From contig CAXXRD010000005.1 of NCBI GenBank assembly GCA_963663895.2, positions 1-64,000 of the forward strand: a DNA stretch of 64,000 bases. The letters are read 5' to 3'. The translations under genes and the position numbers were made by a program. Position 1 is the stretch's first letter. Each line of letters begins with the position of its first letter. The DNA comes from Dehalococcoidia bacterium (GTDB lineage: Bacteria > Chloroflexota > Dehalococcoidia > Bin125). Shown here piece after piece: positions 18,556 through 31,459 of the stretch. The notes below the pieces were generated by a model, which ran no database searches, was not told where the DNA came from, and was given only the letters and a program-made list of their open reading frames with translations.

Positions 18556-20337
18556 GTGTCCGATTCAAGCACAGGGGCGGTCGTCGATCCGGTCACGTTC
18601 GAGATCCTGCGGAACGCGTTCAACGCGATCTGCAACGAGATGTCGCTCGTTGTCGTCAAGACGGCCTATTCGACGGTCGTCAACGAGGGGCACGACTTCT
18701 CCGCCTCGCTCTACGACCGGCACGGCAAGCTCGTCACCCAGGGCGAGTTCGATCTGCCGGCCTTCGTGGGGATCACGCAGCTGACGGTGCCCGAAGTGGT
18801 GCGCGCGATCGGCATCGAGAACATGAAGGACGGGGACATCTACCTGATCAACGATCCCTACGTCGCGAGCACGCACTGCAACGACGTCCACCTGGTGAAG
18901 CCCCTTTACTACGAGGGCGGATTGGTCGGGTTCGCCACCTCGACCGCCCATTGGTCGGACGTTGGCGGGATCTTGCCGGGATCGCTGAACTCGCGCGCCC
19001 GCACGCACTTCGAGGAGGGGATTCGCATCCCCGCCCTGCGCATCTTCCGGCAGGGAAAGCTCAATCAGGACGTGCTGCAGATCTTGCTCGCCAACATGCG
19101 CGAGGGCTGGGAGCGCAACGGCGATCTGAATGCGCAGGTCGCTGCCGTCAACGTTGGCGAGGCGCGCGTGCGGGCGGCGATCGAGAAGCACGGCCTCGAG
19201 CAGGTGCTGCAATCGATGAGGGAGGTGCAGAACCACTCCGAGCGGCTCGCCCGCGCCGCCTGGTCCGCGATCCCCGACGGTGTCTACGAGGGCGACGACC
19301 GGATCGACATGGACGTCTATACGGGGGAGCCGGTCGCCATCCGGCTGAAGCTCACCATCGACGGCGACCACGCCACCTTCGATTTCCGCGAGAGCGACAG
19401 CGCCGCACAGGCCGCGATCAACTGCACGATCGCCGCGACCACTTCGGGCATCTTCATCGCCACGGCCTCCATCCTGCCGCCGATGCCGATGAACGCCGGG
19501 GTGATGCGCACGATCGAGATCGTCGCGAACCGCGGCTCGATCGTATGGGCGCAGCCGCCGGTGGCGGTTTCCGGCCTCGCCGCGACCAGCATGGAGATGG
19601 TGATCAGCGCCACCATGCAGGCGCTCACCAAGGCCTCGCCGGAGCGGGGGGTCGCCGTTCCCTACAGCATCCTCAACACGATCTTTGCCGGCAGCGATCG
19701 GCGTCCGGGGTTTGAGGCGGACTTCATCAACTATGTGTGGAGCTTCGGCGGCTGGGGCGCGACGAAGTACGCGGACGGACCCAACGCCGTCGCCTCGGCC
19801 TACTCCGGCGGCACCCAGAGCATCCCCTGCGAGATCCAGGAGCGGCGCTATCCCATGCTCTGGCGCCGCTACCAGCTCGGGCAGGACTCGGGCGGCGCGG
19901 GGCGCACGCGCGGGGGCCTCGCCTTGGATCAGCTGATGGAGTTCCCCTACGCGCCGGGCACGCTCTCCTGCATCGGCGACCGCGAGGTCTTCGGTCCGCC
20001 CGGCGCTTTCGGGGGTGGGCCGGGCGCTCTGGCGGGCTTGGTAGTGAACAAGGGCTCGGAGCAGGCGCGCAATATCGGTATTTTCTGCTCCGGCGCGCCG
20101 ATCGAGCCGGGCGAGAACGTCTCTTTCTGGTCTGCGGGCGGCGGCGGCTACGGTGACCCGCTGGAGCGCTCGGTGGAAGCGGTCGTCGAGGATATCCGCG
20201 ACGAGTATCTCTCGCCGGCGGCGGCGCGATCGCAGTATGGGGTGGTTGTGCGGGCACTCGATCCGCGCCGGCTGGCGTATGAAGTGGATCGCGCTGCGAC
20301 GGAAAGCCTGCGCGAGGAGATGCGCGCGGCGCGCTAG
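18556..20337 (+). CDS. Hydantoinase B / oxoprolinase family protein
   Basis: DPVTFEILRN, HDFS, INDPY..THCND, AHWSDVGG and GGGGYGDP. GAGGAG lies upstream of GTG 18556. Confidence 0.9.
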   Translation: MSDSSTGAVVDPVTFEILRNAFNAICNEMSLVVVKTAYSTVVNEGHDFSASLYDRHGKLVTQGEFDLPAFVGITQLTVPEVVRAIGIENMKDGDIYLINDPYVASTHCNDVHLVKPLYYEGGLVGFATSTAHWSDVGGILPGSLNSRARTHFEEGIRIPALRIFRQGKLNQDVLQILLANMREGWERNGDLNAQVAAVNVGEARVRAAIEKHGLEQVLQSMREVQNHSERLARAAWSAIPDGVYEGDDRIDMDVYTGEPVAIRLKLTIDGDHATFDFRESDSAAQAAINCTIAATTSGIFIATASILPPMPMNAGVMRTIEIVANRGSIVWAQPPVAVSGLAATSMEMVISATMQALTKASPERGVAVPYSILNTIFAGSDRRPGFEADFINYVWSFGGWGATKYADGPNAVASAYSGGTQSIPCEIQERRYPMLWRRYQLGQDSGGAGRTRGGLALDQLMEFPYAPGTLSCIGDREVFGPPGAFGGGPGALAGLVVNKGSEQARNIGIFCSGAPIEPGENVSFWSAGGGGYGDPLERSVEAVVEDIRDEYLSPAAARSQYGVVVRALDPRRLAYEVDRAATESLREEMRAAR

Positions 20338-20404
20338 CGACCCGGTTCGCTCGCCGCCGTCGTGCGGTAGACTCGCCGCGCTCCTGAATCCAAGGGAGGT
20401 CCTC

Positions 20405-21784
20405 ATGGTCAGCACGCTCGAAACCCCTCACGCGCGCGATATCGAATCACTACTGCACCCGATGACGAACATCCTCACGATGGAGGAGGAGGGCCCGCTC
20501 ATTATCGAAGAAGGGCGCGGGTGCTACGTCCGCGATAGCGAGGGCAACGAGTACCTGGAAGGCATGGCCGGTCTGTGGTCGACGTCGCTCGGATTCGACA
20601 ATGAGCGGCTGATCCAAGCCGTCATCGACCAGATGCGGAAGCTGCCCACCTATCACACCTTTCTCGGTCGCTCGAATTTCGCCGCGATCGAGCTGGCCGA
20701 GCGGCTGCTCGCGATCGCGCCGGTGCCGATGTCCAAGGTGTGGTTCGCGAACTCGGGCTCCGAGGCGAACGACCACATGGTGAAGTTCGTTTGGTACTAC
20801 AACAACGCACTGGGGAGGCCTGAGAAGAAAAAGATCATCGCGCGCGAGGGGGGCTATCACGGGATCGCGGTTTCCTCGGGCTCGCTGACCGGCTTGCCGC
20901 TGATGCACAAGGGCTTCGATCTCCCCATCGCGAACGTCGTGCACACCGGCAGCCATCATCACTACCGCTACGCGGAGGCGGGGGAGTCCGAAGAGATGTT
21001 CGCCAGCCGCCGCGCCGCCGAGCTGGAGCAGCTGATCGTCGAGCAAGGGCCGGAGACGGTGGCGGCCTTCATCGCCGAGCCGATCATGGGCGCCGGCGGC
21101 GCGGTCATGCCGCCGCGCACCTACTTCGAGAAGGTGCAAGCGGTGCTGCGCAAGTACGACGTGCTCATGGTCGCGGACGAAGTGATCACCGGCTTCCACC
21201 GGACCGGCAACACCTTCGCTTGCGAGACCTTTGGGATCGAGCCGGACATCATGATTACGGCCAAGGCCCTGTCGTCCGCCTACTTGCCGATCTCCGCCGT
21301 GCTGCTCAACGAGAAGGTGTACGGGCCGATCCGCGAGTTCAGCATCGAGAATTCGATGCTGGCGACCGGCTTCACGTACTCCGGCCACCCCGTCCCCGCG
21401 GCGGTCGCCGTGGAGACGCTGAAGGTGTACGAGGAGATCGATATCGGCGCGCACGTGCGAGCGGTGTCCGGCCGGGCGCAGGAGCGTCTGCAGGCGCTGG
21501 CGACCCATCCCCTGGTAGGCGAGGCGCAGGGCGTCGGCCTGATCGGCGGCGTGGAGCTCGTCAAGGACAAGGACAGCAAGGAAAACTTCGATCCGGAGGT
21601 AGCGAATTACTGCGGCGACGCCGCCCTGCGTCGCGGCGTGATTCTGCGTCCCTGCGCCGGGAAGCGGATCGCCTTCTGCCCACCGCTAATCATCGAAGAG
21701 TCCGAGATCGACGTGCTCTTCGATGCCCTGGAAGGGGCGCTCGACGACACGCTGGCGCACGTGCGGGTGAGCGGCTTGATCTAG
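20405..21784 (+). CDS. Class III PLP aminotransferase (omega-amino acid/polyamine type)
   Basis: YLEGMAGLW, NSGSEAND, GYHG, FIAEP, ADEVITGFHRTG, TAKALSS and GFTYSGHP. GGGAGG RBS. Confidence 0.92.
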   Translation: MVSTLETPHARDIESLLHPMTNILTMEEEGPLIIEEGRGCYVRDSEGNEYLEGMAGLWSTSLGFDNERLIQAVIDQMRKLPTYHTFLGRSNFAAIELAERLLAIAPVPMSKVWFANSGSEANDHMVKFVWYYNNALGRPEKKKIIAREGGYHGIAVSSGSLTGLPLMHKGFDLPIANVVHTGSHHHYRYAEAGESEEMFASRRAAELEQLIVEQGPETVAAFIAEPIMGAGGAVMPPRTYFEKVQAVLRKYDVLMVADEVITGFHRTGNTFACETFGIEPDIMITAKALSSAYLPISAVLLNEKVYGPIREFSIENSMLATGFTYSGHPVPAAVAVETLKVYEEIDIGAHVRAVSGRAQERLQALATHPLVGEAQGVGLIGGVELVKDKDSKENFDPEVANYCGDAALRRGVILRPCAGKRIAFCPPLIIEESEIDVLFDALEGALDDTLAHVRVSGLI

Positions 21785-21837
21785 CCGCTGGCGGGTGGCC
21801 CCAAGCGTAACGGAGGGCTGCTTCGTCCTCGGACCGG

Positions 21838-23316
21838 CTAGTCGTCCGGACGTGCGAGCCGTTCCGCGGCGGCGTCGAGGCGCTGCACGGTTTGCGTGCG
21901 CCCGATGAGGGCGAGCGTCTCGAAGAGCGGCGGCGCGGCCGTCTTGCCGGTCGCCGCCACGCGGATCGGCGTGAAGAGATGGCCGGGCTTGCGGTCCAGT
22001 CGCTCCGCGAGCGCGCGCAGCGCGCTTTCGATCGCAGCGGCGTCCCAGGCGGGGAGATGCGCCAGGGTTGCGCGTGTGGCCTCCAGTGCCTGCAGCGCGC
22101 CCGAGGGATTGTCGCGGAAGCCTTTGCCCATCAGCTCTTTGTTCCGGTAGGAGAGTGGCTCTTCCAGGAAGAAGAAGTCGGTGAGGTCCACCACCTCCGC
22201 CAGCCGCTTGATCCGTTCCTGCACCAGCGGGCCGACCGCTCGGAGCCGCGCGCCGTCCAATGGGCGTGCGACCGAAGGAGGCAGACCATCCTCGAGCCAG
22301 GGGCGCAGGCGCTCCGCGAACTGGTCCGGGGGCAGCGCGCGCACATAGTGCCCGTTCATGGCTTCGAGGCGGTCGAGATCGAAGGTGGCGCCCGTTTTGC
22401 CGACGCGCTCGAGCGCGAACCCCGTCACCAGCTCCTCCCGCGATAGATAGGTGGTCTTGTCGTCGAAGGACCAGCCGAGGAGGGCCATGAAGTTGAGCAT
22501 CGCCTCGGGCAGATACCCCTCCGCTCGGTAGTGGGCGACGCTCGTGGCGCCGTGCCGCTTGCTCAGCTTGCCGCCGTCCGCGCCCAGGATGATCGGCAGA
22601 TGGGCGAAGATCGGCGGTCGCAGTTCCAGCGCCCGGTAGAGCTGCAAATGGCGCGGGGTGCTGGGGAGCCATTCTTCCGCCCGCAGCACGTGTGAGATCT
22701 CCATGGCCGCGTCGTCGACGACGTTGGCCAGGTGGTAGGTGGGGAAGCCGTCGCTCTTGAGAATCACGAAGTCGTCTAGGAGCGTGTTTTCAAACCGCAC
22801 CTGGCCCCGCACTGCGTCTTCGACGAGGGTCTCTCCCGCTTCGGGCATCGCGAAGCGAACCACGTGCGCGCCCGCCGCTGCCCGCTCCCGCGCCCGCTCC
22901 TGCGGGGAGAGCTTGCGGCAGCGGCCGTCGTAGCCCGGTGGTTGCTTCCGCTTTTGCTGCGCCGTGCGGAGCTCCGCCAAGCGCTGCGGCGTGCAGGTGC
23001 AGGTGTAGGCTGCGCGCGCGGCAAGGAGGCGGTCGGCGGCCTCGTGGTAGCGATCCAGTCGTTGCGACTGGTAATAGGGCCCGAATGCTCCGCCGGCCTC
23101 CGGCCCTTCGTCCCAGACGAGTCCCAGCCAGCGCAAGGCGTCTAGGGTCTGGGCGACGCTGCCCTCCACCTTGCGACTTTGGTCGGTGTCCTCAATGCGG
23201 ACGATGAAGCGGCCGCCATGGCGGCGTGCGAGAAGCCAGTTGAAGAGGGCGCTGCGCAGATTGCCGACGTGCGGCTCCCCGGTGGGGCTGGGCGCGTAGC
23301 GGACGCGGATGCTCAA
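21838..23316 (-). CDS. gltX: Glutamate--tRNA ligase
   Basis: RVRYAPSPTGEPHVGN (HIGH-like), RIEDTD, PTYHLANVVDD and KLSKRH. The TTG start overlaps the rluD stop. Confidence 0.95.
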   Translation of the reverse strand: MSIRVRYAPSPTGEPHVGNLRSALFNWLLARRHGGRFIVRIEDTDQSRKVEGSVAQTLDALRWLGLVWDEGPEAGGAFGPYYQSQRLDRYHEAADRLLAARAAYTCTCTPQRLAELRTAQQKRKQPPGYDGRCRKLSPQERARERAAAGAHVVRFAMPEAGETLVEDAVRGQVRFENTLLDDFVILKSDGFPTYHLANVVDDAAMEISHVLRAEEWLPSTPRHLQLYRALELRPPIFAHLPIILGADGGKLSKRHGATSVAHYRAEGYLPEAMLNFMALLGWSFDDKTTYLSREELVTGFALERVGKTGATFDLDRLEAMNGHYVRALPPDQFAERLRPWLEDGLPPSVARPLDGARLRAVGPLVQERIKRLAEVVDLTDFFFLEEPLSYRNKELMGKGFRDNPSGALQALEATRATLAHLPAWDAAAIESALRALAERLDRKPGHLFTPIRVAATGKTAAPPLFETLALIGRTQTVQRLDAAAERLARPDD

Positions 23317-24341
23317 CGGACGAGTCGGGCGCGGTGGCGCGTCAGACGCGCGGATCGCGAGGCGCTGGGGCGCAGTGCGGCGGTGGGGCTGGCGGGTCGC
23401 TCTCGCATGACGGTGATCAATACTTGCATGTCTGCGGGCAAGGGTGCTTCGAAGCGGAGCGCGCGCTCGTCTTCTGGGTGACGGAAGCCGAGCGTGGCGG
23501 CGTGCAGCGCCTGCCGATCGATGAAGGCGGACCGGATTCCATACGTGTGATCGCCGACGATGGGATGGCCGAGTGCAGCCATGTGCAAGCGGATCTGATG
23601 GGTGCGGCCCGTGATCAGGCACGCTTCGACTAGGGCGGCGTCGGCGAAGCGCTCCAGCAGGCGGTACTCCGTACGGGCCGACTTGCCGCCGTCGATAATC
23701 GCCATCCGCGTTGGATCGGATCGGTCGCGGCCGATTGGCGCTTCGATCGCGCCCACCTCTGGGTCCGGCACGCCCGCCGTGACGCAGAGATAGCGCTTCT
23801 CCACGCTGCGGCTCTTGATTTGCTCCTGTAAGTGGCGCAGCGCTTGCTCTTGCTTCGCGACCATCATCACGCCGGTTGTGTCCTTGTCCAAGCGGTGCAC
23901 CAGCCCGGGGCGCACGGCGTCGCCGATCGCGCCAAGATCGGGGCAGTGCGCGAGCAGGGCGTTGACCAGCGTTCCGTCCGGCTGCCCCGGCGCGGGGTGC
24001 ACGGCGAGCCCGGCCGGCTTGTTGATCACGATGAGCCAGGCATCTTCGTAGAGCACGTCGAGCGGGATCGGCTCGGGGTCGGTGAGCAGCCGCGCGGGGG
24101 CGGTGGGCCAGACCACGACTGCCGAGCCGAAGCCCAGGCGGAAGCTGGGCCGCTCCAGGCTGCCGTCGACGCGCACGCGCCCGTCCTCAATGAGGCGTCG
24201 TGCGGCCGTGCGGGAAAGCGTCTCGATGCGGCGAGCCATGAAGGCGTCGAGGCGTTCGCCTTCGCGGTCGACCAGATATTCGGTGGGGGGAAGGGCGGCC
24301 GGGTCGCTATCCCAAACGGCTCCCAACTCTGGATCCGTCAC
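23313..24341 (-). CDS. rluD: RluA/RluD family 23S rRNA pseudouridine synthase with an S4 domain
   Basis: ERLDAF, INKPAGL, VHRLDKDTTG, TGRTHQIR and RQALHA. The GTG start overlaps the lspA stop. Confidence 0.92.
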   Translation of the reverse strand: MTDPELGAVWDSDPAALPPTEYLVDREGERLDAFMARRIETLSRTAARRLIEDGRVRVDGSLERPSFRLGFGSAVVVWPTAPARLLTDPEPIPLDVLYEDAWLIVINKPAGLAVHPAPGQPDGTLVNALLAHCPDLGAIGDAVRPGLVHRLDKDTTGVMMVAKQEQALRHLQEQIKSRSVEKRYLCVTAGVPDPEVGAIEAPIGRDRSDPTRMAIIDGGKSARTEYRLLERFADAALVEACLITGRTHQIRLHMAALGHPIVGDHTYGIRSAFIDRQALHAATLGFRHPEDERALRFEAPLPADMQVLITVMRERPASPTAALRPSASRSARLTRHRARLVR

Positions 24342-24943
24342 GAATCGGCCCCGCCGTCCTCGGGAGGCTGAGCAAGGGTGCCATCGGGACGCGGTTTCGA
24401 CGTGGTGCCCCGTTCGCCGCCGCTCCAGAGGATGAGGGAGGCCACGATCGCGATCACGCCGAGCGTGATCCCGGAATCGGCGAGATTGAAGGCCGGGTAG
24501 TGGCTGAAGTTGATGAAGTCGGTCACCCTCCCTTGGTAGAGCCGATCCAGCAGGTTTCCCAGTGCACCACCCAAGATCAGGGCGAGGCCGAGGCGGGGCA
24601 GCCAATGGTCGATGGGGGGCGCGAAGTAATAGATGACGAGGACCACGATCACGACGACGGTGGTTACAGCCAAGAGCGTGTTCATGTTGTCCAGCAGACC
24701 GAAGGCGGCGCCGTCGTTGGTGATATGCGAGAAACGGAAGAAGGGTGCGAGCTCCCAGTGCTCCCCACGATGCAGCGATTCCCGCACGACCACCTTCGTA
24801 ATCTGGTCGAGTGCGACCCAGGTTGCGACGACTCCCAGAAGCCAGAGGTCGCGACGGCCGCGGGCGGGCCGCCGCTTCCGCTTCTCCGTGGGCTCCGTTG
24901 ATGCGCGAGTGGTGCGAGCGACGACGTCCATCTCGCTGTTCAT
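24338..24943 (-). CDS. lspA: Lipoprotein signal peptidase II
   Basis: LDQITK, NDGAAFG, GGALGNLLDR, VTDFI and FNLADS. Confidence 0.95.
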   Translation of the reverse strand: MNSEMDVVARTTRASTEPTEKRKRRPARGRRDLWLLGVVATWVALDQITKVVVRESLHRGEHWELAPFFRFSHITNDGAAFGLLDNMNTLLAVTTVVVIVVLVIYYFAPPIDHWLPRLGLALILGGALGNLLDRLYQGRVTDFINFSHYPAFNLADSGITLGVIAIVASLILWSGGERGTTSKPRPDGTLAQPPEDGGADS

Positions 24944-25043
24944 CCTGCCATCTTAACAAAGGGGTCCGCAGACTCTGGCCTCGTTTGCTCCGCTCCTTGC
25001 CCCCCGCCTACGATGATCGCGTCGAAGGCGAGGAGCATCCACC

Positions 25044-25640
25044 ACGTACAGCGAGAAACATCAGCAGCGTCTCGAGACGGGCGAGGAACGTCTTCCGCCC
25101 GGTCAACGGGTGACCGAGGGCTGGCCCGTTCTGACTTACGGTGCGACGCCGCGCATTGCCCCGGAGTCCTGGCGATTCCGGGTGTGGGGAGAGGTCGAAC
25201 GGGAAGTCACGTGGTCGTGGGACGAGTTCCTCGCCATCGGCACCTCGCGCCGGACCAATGATATCCACTGTGTGACGCACTGGAGTCGGTACGACAACGA
25301 GTGGGAAGGGGTCCTCTTCGCGGATGTCCTGCGGCGGATCGCGGTGAAGCGCAGCGCTGCCGCGGTCATGTTCCACTGTTACGGGGGCTATACCACGAAC
25401 CTAACGCTGGAAGATTTGGCGGCGGACGATCACGCGATGTTCGCCGTGCGCCACAACGGGCAGCCCCTGGCGCGGGAGCACGGTGGGCCCATGCGGTTGG
25501 TGGTGCCGTCGCTCTACTTCTGGAAGAGTCCGAAGTGGGTGGGCGGGATGGAGTTTCTCCCCGAGGATCGTCCCGGCTTCTGGGAGATGTACGGCTATCA
25601 CATTCGCGGCGAGCCGTGGGCGGAGGAGCGGTACGGGTGA
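25044..25640 (+). CDS. Sulfite-oxidase-like molybdopterin-binding oxidoreductase
   Basis: RLPPGQ..T..WPVL, DIHCVTHWS, GYTTN, EHGGPMRLVVP and YFWKSPKW. The first canonical start is GTG 25110, but the conserved N-terminus extends further upstream (see findings). Confidence 0.85.
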   Translation, partial: TYSEKHQQRLETGEERLPPGQRVTEGWPVLTYGATPRIAPESWRFRVWGEVEREVTWSWDEFLAIGTSRRTNDIHCVTHWSRYDNEWEGVLFADVLRRIAVKRSAAAVMFHCYGGYTTNLTLEDLAADDHAMFAVRHNGQPLAREHGGPMRLVVPSLYFWKSPKWVGGMEFLPEDRPGFWEMYGYHIRGEPWAEERYG

Positions 25641-25686
25641 TTGGCGCCGCTGCGCGGCGGGATGGCCGTTCCGTACAGGCAGGCGC

Positions 25687-25716
25687 TTGACAACGGTCGG
25701 AAATCGGTCGTATGTT
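25687..25716 (+). promoter_or_regulatory. Sigma70-type promoter for the 23S rRNA-tRNA-fMet unit
   Basis: TTGACA (25687-92), 18 nt spacer, TATGTT (25711-16); a boxA-like CAGCTTAAGAATCGAATA lies at about 25781-25798. Confidence 0.7.
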
Positions 25717-25907
25717 CTGTCGGTTACCGACCAAACGGCCGGGGCGGGTGGTTGTGTTATCCGCCCGGTCGCGTGGCGGGCAGCTTAAGAATCGAATAGT
25801 GCACGAGCGCAAGTAACTCCACCTGCGATGGTGGATATTTGGTGATGCACGGCCGGCGACGGCTGGCGCATCACGCTGAAGGTGGCACACGCTGAGACCG
25901 TAGAGTA

Positions 25908-28889
<2,982 letters not shown>

Positions 28890-28954
28890 TATTCTGCGGT
28901 TTCAGCAGTGTGTCCCCTTCAGCAAGCTTGTCGGCTCGTGCACTTTTCGAGCGC

Positions 28955-29029
<75 letters not shown>

Positions 29030-29036
29030 AATGAGC

Positions 29037-29072
29037 AACCGGGCCGGTCGTGAGACCGGCCCGGTTTCTTTC
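29037..29072 (+). terminator. Rho-independent terminator of the rRNA/tRNA transcript
   Basis: Long hairpin AACCGGGCCGGTC...GACCGGCCCGGTT followed by TCTTT. Confidence 0.85.
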
Positions 29073-29105
29073 TGGCCGGCTGCGTGTGCTGTCGATCCCG
29101 AGTCG

Positions 29106-29141
29106 AGAGACTTACGAAGAGACTTATTACGAAGAGACTTA
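29106..29141. repeat. Micro tandem repeat at the trkA stop codon
   Basis: AGAGACTTA occurs three times; an exact 15 bp tandem TTACGAAGAGACTTA lies at 29112-26 and 29127-41. Confidence 0.8.
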
Positions 29142-29792
29142 ATCGAGCATGAGGCGGCGGAGGTCGTCGTCGGAGCCGGCGAAGACGAGCCGGTCCCCGG
29201 CTTCAATGGCTTGGGTGCGCACCGGGTTGAGCTGGACGGTCTCGCCGCGGACGATCATGAGCAGGCGGCGCGTCCCGCTGCCTTCGCCATTGACGGGGGC
29301 GAGGATCCACTCCAGGGTCTGCCCGGTCCAACTCTCCGGGGAAGTGTAGACGCCGATCCCGTAGCCCGGCGTCAGCGGCAGGTAGTCGGCGCTGCCGGGC
29401 ATCCGGATCAGGTGCGAGAAGCGTTCGCCGCCCTCTTCCTCGGGAATGACGACGCGTTGCACGCCCAGGCGCCGCAGGATCGTGGCGTGCCGCTGGTTGC
29501 CCGCCTTGGCGTGGATGGTGGGAACTTGCAGCGCTTGGAGGTTGAGCGCGGCGAGGACGCTGGCCTCGACCTCCGTCGTGGCGATCACCCCGACCTCGAC
29601 GTGGCCGGCGCCGACGTCCTCCAGGGCTTCGGCATCGGTGATATCGAGCGTCACGGCCTTGGTCACTTCGTCCGCGAGGTCTTGGACGATCCGTTCGTCA
29701 CGGTCTAAGGCGAGGACGTTGTGGCCCTCGTCCGCCAGGGTGCGGGCGAGCTGCCTGCCGAACCGTCCCAACCCAAGCACTGCGATCTCCAT
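29139..29792 (-). CDS. trkA: TrkA/KtrA family potassium uptake regulatory subunit
   Basis: N-terminal IAVLGLGRFG RCK-N Rossmann motif, VVIPEEEGG, and an RCK-C tail IEAGDRLV. Confidence 0.9.
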   Translation of the reverse strand: MEIAVLGLGRFGRQLARTLADEGHNVLALDRDERIVQDLADEVTKAVTLDITDAEALEDVGAGHVEVGVIATTEVEASVLAALNLQALQVPTIHAKAGNQRHATILRRLGVQRVVIPEEEGGERFSHLIRMPGSADYLPLTPGYGIGVYTSPESWTGQTLEWILAPVNGEGSGTRRLLMIVRGETVQLNPVRTQAIEAGDRLVFAGSDDDLRRLMLD

Positions 29793-29849
29793 CGACCTGC
29801 CTCCTTTCGCTCAGGCGCGTAGCCGCCCCCGCGGCCGCCCGAACAGCTG

Positions 29850-31262
29850 TTAGCCAATCCGCACGCCTTCCCTGGGGTAGCGATAGCGCACCTCGGGGCG
29901 CTCCGGCACCGAGAGCGCGATCATCAAGGGTCCGAGCCGGCCGACGAACATCAGCACGGTGAGCGTGATCGCCCCCCCCGCCGACAGGCTGGCCGTCAGT
30001 CCTTGCGACCAGCCCACGTTCGCCAGCGCCGACGTGACCTCGAAGAGGAGCGGTAAGAAGGGCGCGTCTTGGTCGGTCCAGCTCACGATCCAGGCTCCCA
30101 GGACGAGCGTCATGAGCCCCAGGATCACGACCGCGACGGCCCGCAGGATGACGGGCTCTGGGATCTCGCGTCCGAATACCTCCGCGCGCGACCGCCTTTT
30201 GAGGCTGGAGAGCGCGGCGATCATGACCACCATAAAGGTTCCGATCTTGATTCCGCTGGCGGTGGAGGTGGAGGCGCCGCCGACGAACATGAGCGCCAAG
30301 AGGACGATGGTCGTGGACTCGCGGATGGCGCTCATGTCGACGGTTGTCATGCCCGTGGTGCGGTTCACGGAGAGGAAAAATCCGTTCGCGACGACGTCGC
30401 CGACCCCTGCGCGATCGAGCACGCGGCCCGTTTGGACTTCGCCCAGCGCGAACAGTAAGAGCGCGAGGACAAGCAGCGCCCCCATTCCCACGATCACCAG
30501 GCGCGTATCGAGCGACCACCAGCGCGGCCGCTTGCGCAGGTTGAAGACGGTGACGAACGAGAGGCTGCCGAGCAACGCGGCCAGTCCCAGCACCACCAGG
30601 AGATACGGCGACGCGATCTGCCCCGTGAAGCTCGCCCGGCCGCCCATGATGTCGAAGCCTGCGTTGTTGAAGGCGGAGATGGCGTGAAAGAAGGCGCGCC
30701 ATGCGCCCAGCCCGGCGCCGTCGCTGTGGTCGAGGAACCAGGGAAGCAAGAGGATGAAGGTCAAGGCCTCGACCGCCGCCACGTAGATCATCACGCGGCG
30801 CAGGAGGCGGCGAATGTCGCGTTCCCCGACCGAGAGCAGCTCGAACCCGAAGAACTCGCGGCCGCGCAGCCCGAAGTGGCGTCCCGCGATCAGGAGCAGC
30901 ATCCCCGCGTAGATCGTCACTCCCAGCCCGCCCGCTTGGATGAGCGTGAGGATGACCACCTCTCCGAAGCCGCTCCAGTGATCGGCCGTGTCGACGCGCA
31001 CCAGCCCGGTGACGCTGACGGCCGATGTGGCCGTGAAGAGCGCGTCCCAGCCGTTGGTCCAGGTTCGCGCTTCCGATGCCGCCGGGAGCGCCAGGAGCAG
31101 GGCGCCGAGGGCGATAATCAGCGCGAAGGCGAGGGGCACCATCCACAGCTGCGGATGAAAGGTGACGTGTAGTCGGCGCCGGGAGACTTGCACGGTCTCC
31201 GGCCGCACCCGCGAGCGCCGAAGCACGACGTTGCCCGGACGTCTCGGATCGGACTGGTTCAT
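29850..31262 (-). CDS. trkH: TrkH/KtrB family potassium uptake membrane protein
   Basis: DALFTATSAVSVTGL, SAFNNAGF, RTTG, STASGIK, SALANVG and MFVGRLGPL. Confidence 0.93.
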   Translation of the reverse strand: MNQSDPRRPGNVVLRRSRVRPETVQVSRRRLHVTFHPQLWMVPLAFALIIALGALLLALPAASEARTWTNGWDALFTATSAVSVTGLVRVDTADHWSGFGEVVILTLIQAGGLGVTIYAGMLLLIAGRHFGLRGREFFGFELLSVGERDIRRLLRRVMIYVAAVEALTFILLLPWFLDHSDGAGLGAWRAFFHAISAFNNAGFDIMGGRASFTGQIASPYLLVVLGLAALLGSLSFVTVFNLRKRPRWWSLDTRLVIVGMGALLVLALLLFALGEVQTGRVLDRAGVGDVVANGFFLSVNRTTGMTTVDMSAIRESTTIVLLALMFVGGASTSTASGIKIGTFMVVMIAALSSLKRRSRAEVFGREIPEPVILRAVAVVILGLMTLVLGAWIVSWTDQDAPFLPLLFEVTSALANVGWSQGLTASLSAGGAITLTVLMFVGRLGPLMIALSVPERPEVRYRYPREGVRIG

Positions 31263-31459
31263 GTCCGCCCCTGGCCGCGAGAGGCGATCGGCCTTCCCGG
31301 GGCCGCTTCCAACTTACGACTGCCTCCCGGATCGGGATACCTCAGCCGTCACAACACGGCTGCCGCCGAGGTAAGCGCACAACAGATGGCTGACCCCGAA
31401 TTCGAACCGGACGGGCACGCGGGCGCTGCCGTGATCGTGGGCCACGCGGGCCGGCGCGC

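Noticed and set aside
18565-20415. Long antisense and alternate-frame ORFs (for example 18565..20415 -, 11306..12769 -, 34011..35438 -, 31188..32300 +)
   Set aside because: They are shadow ORFs typical of high-GC coding DNA; they overlap well-supported genes and lack motifs.
25730-25870. 5S rRNA upstream of the 23S
   Set aside because: It lacks the conserved 5S CCGAAC and GATGGTA...GAGAGTA segments, and parts of it pair with the 23S trailer as processing stems.
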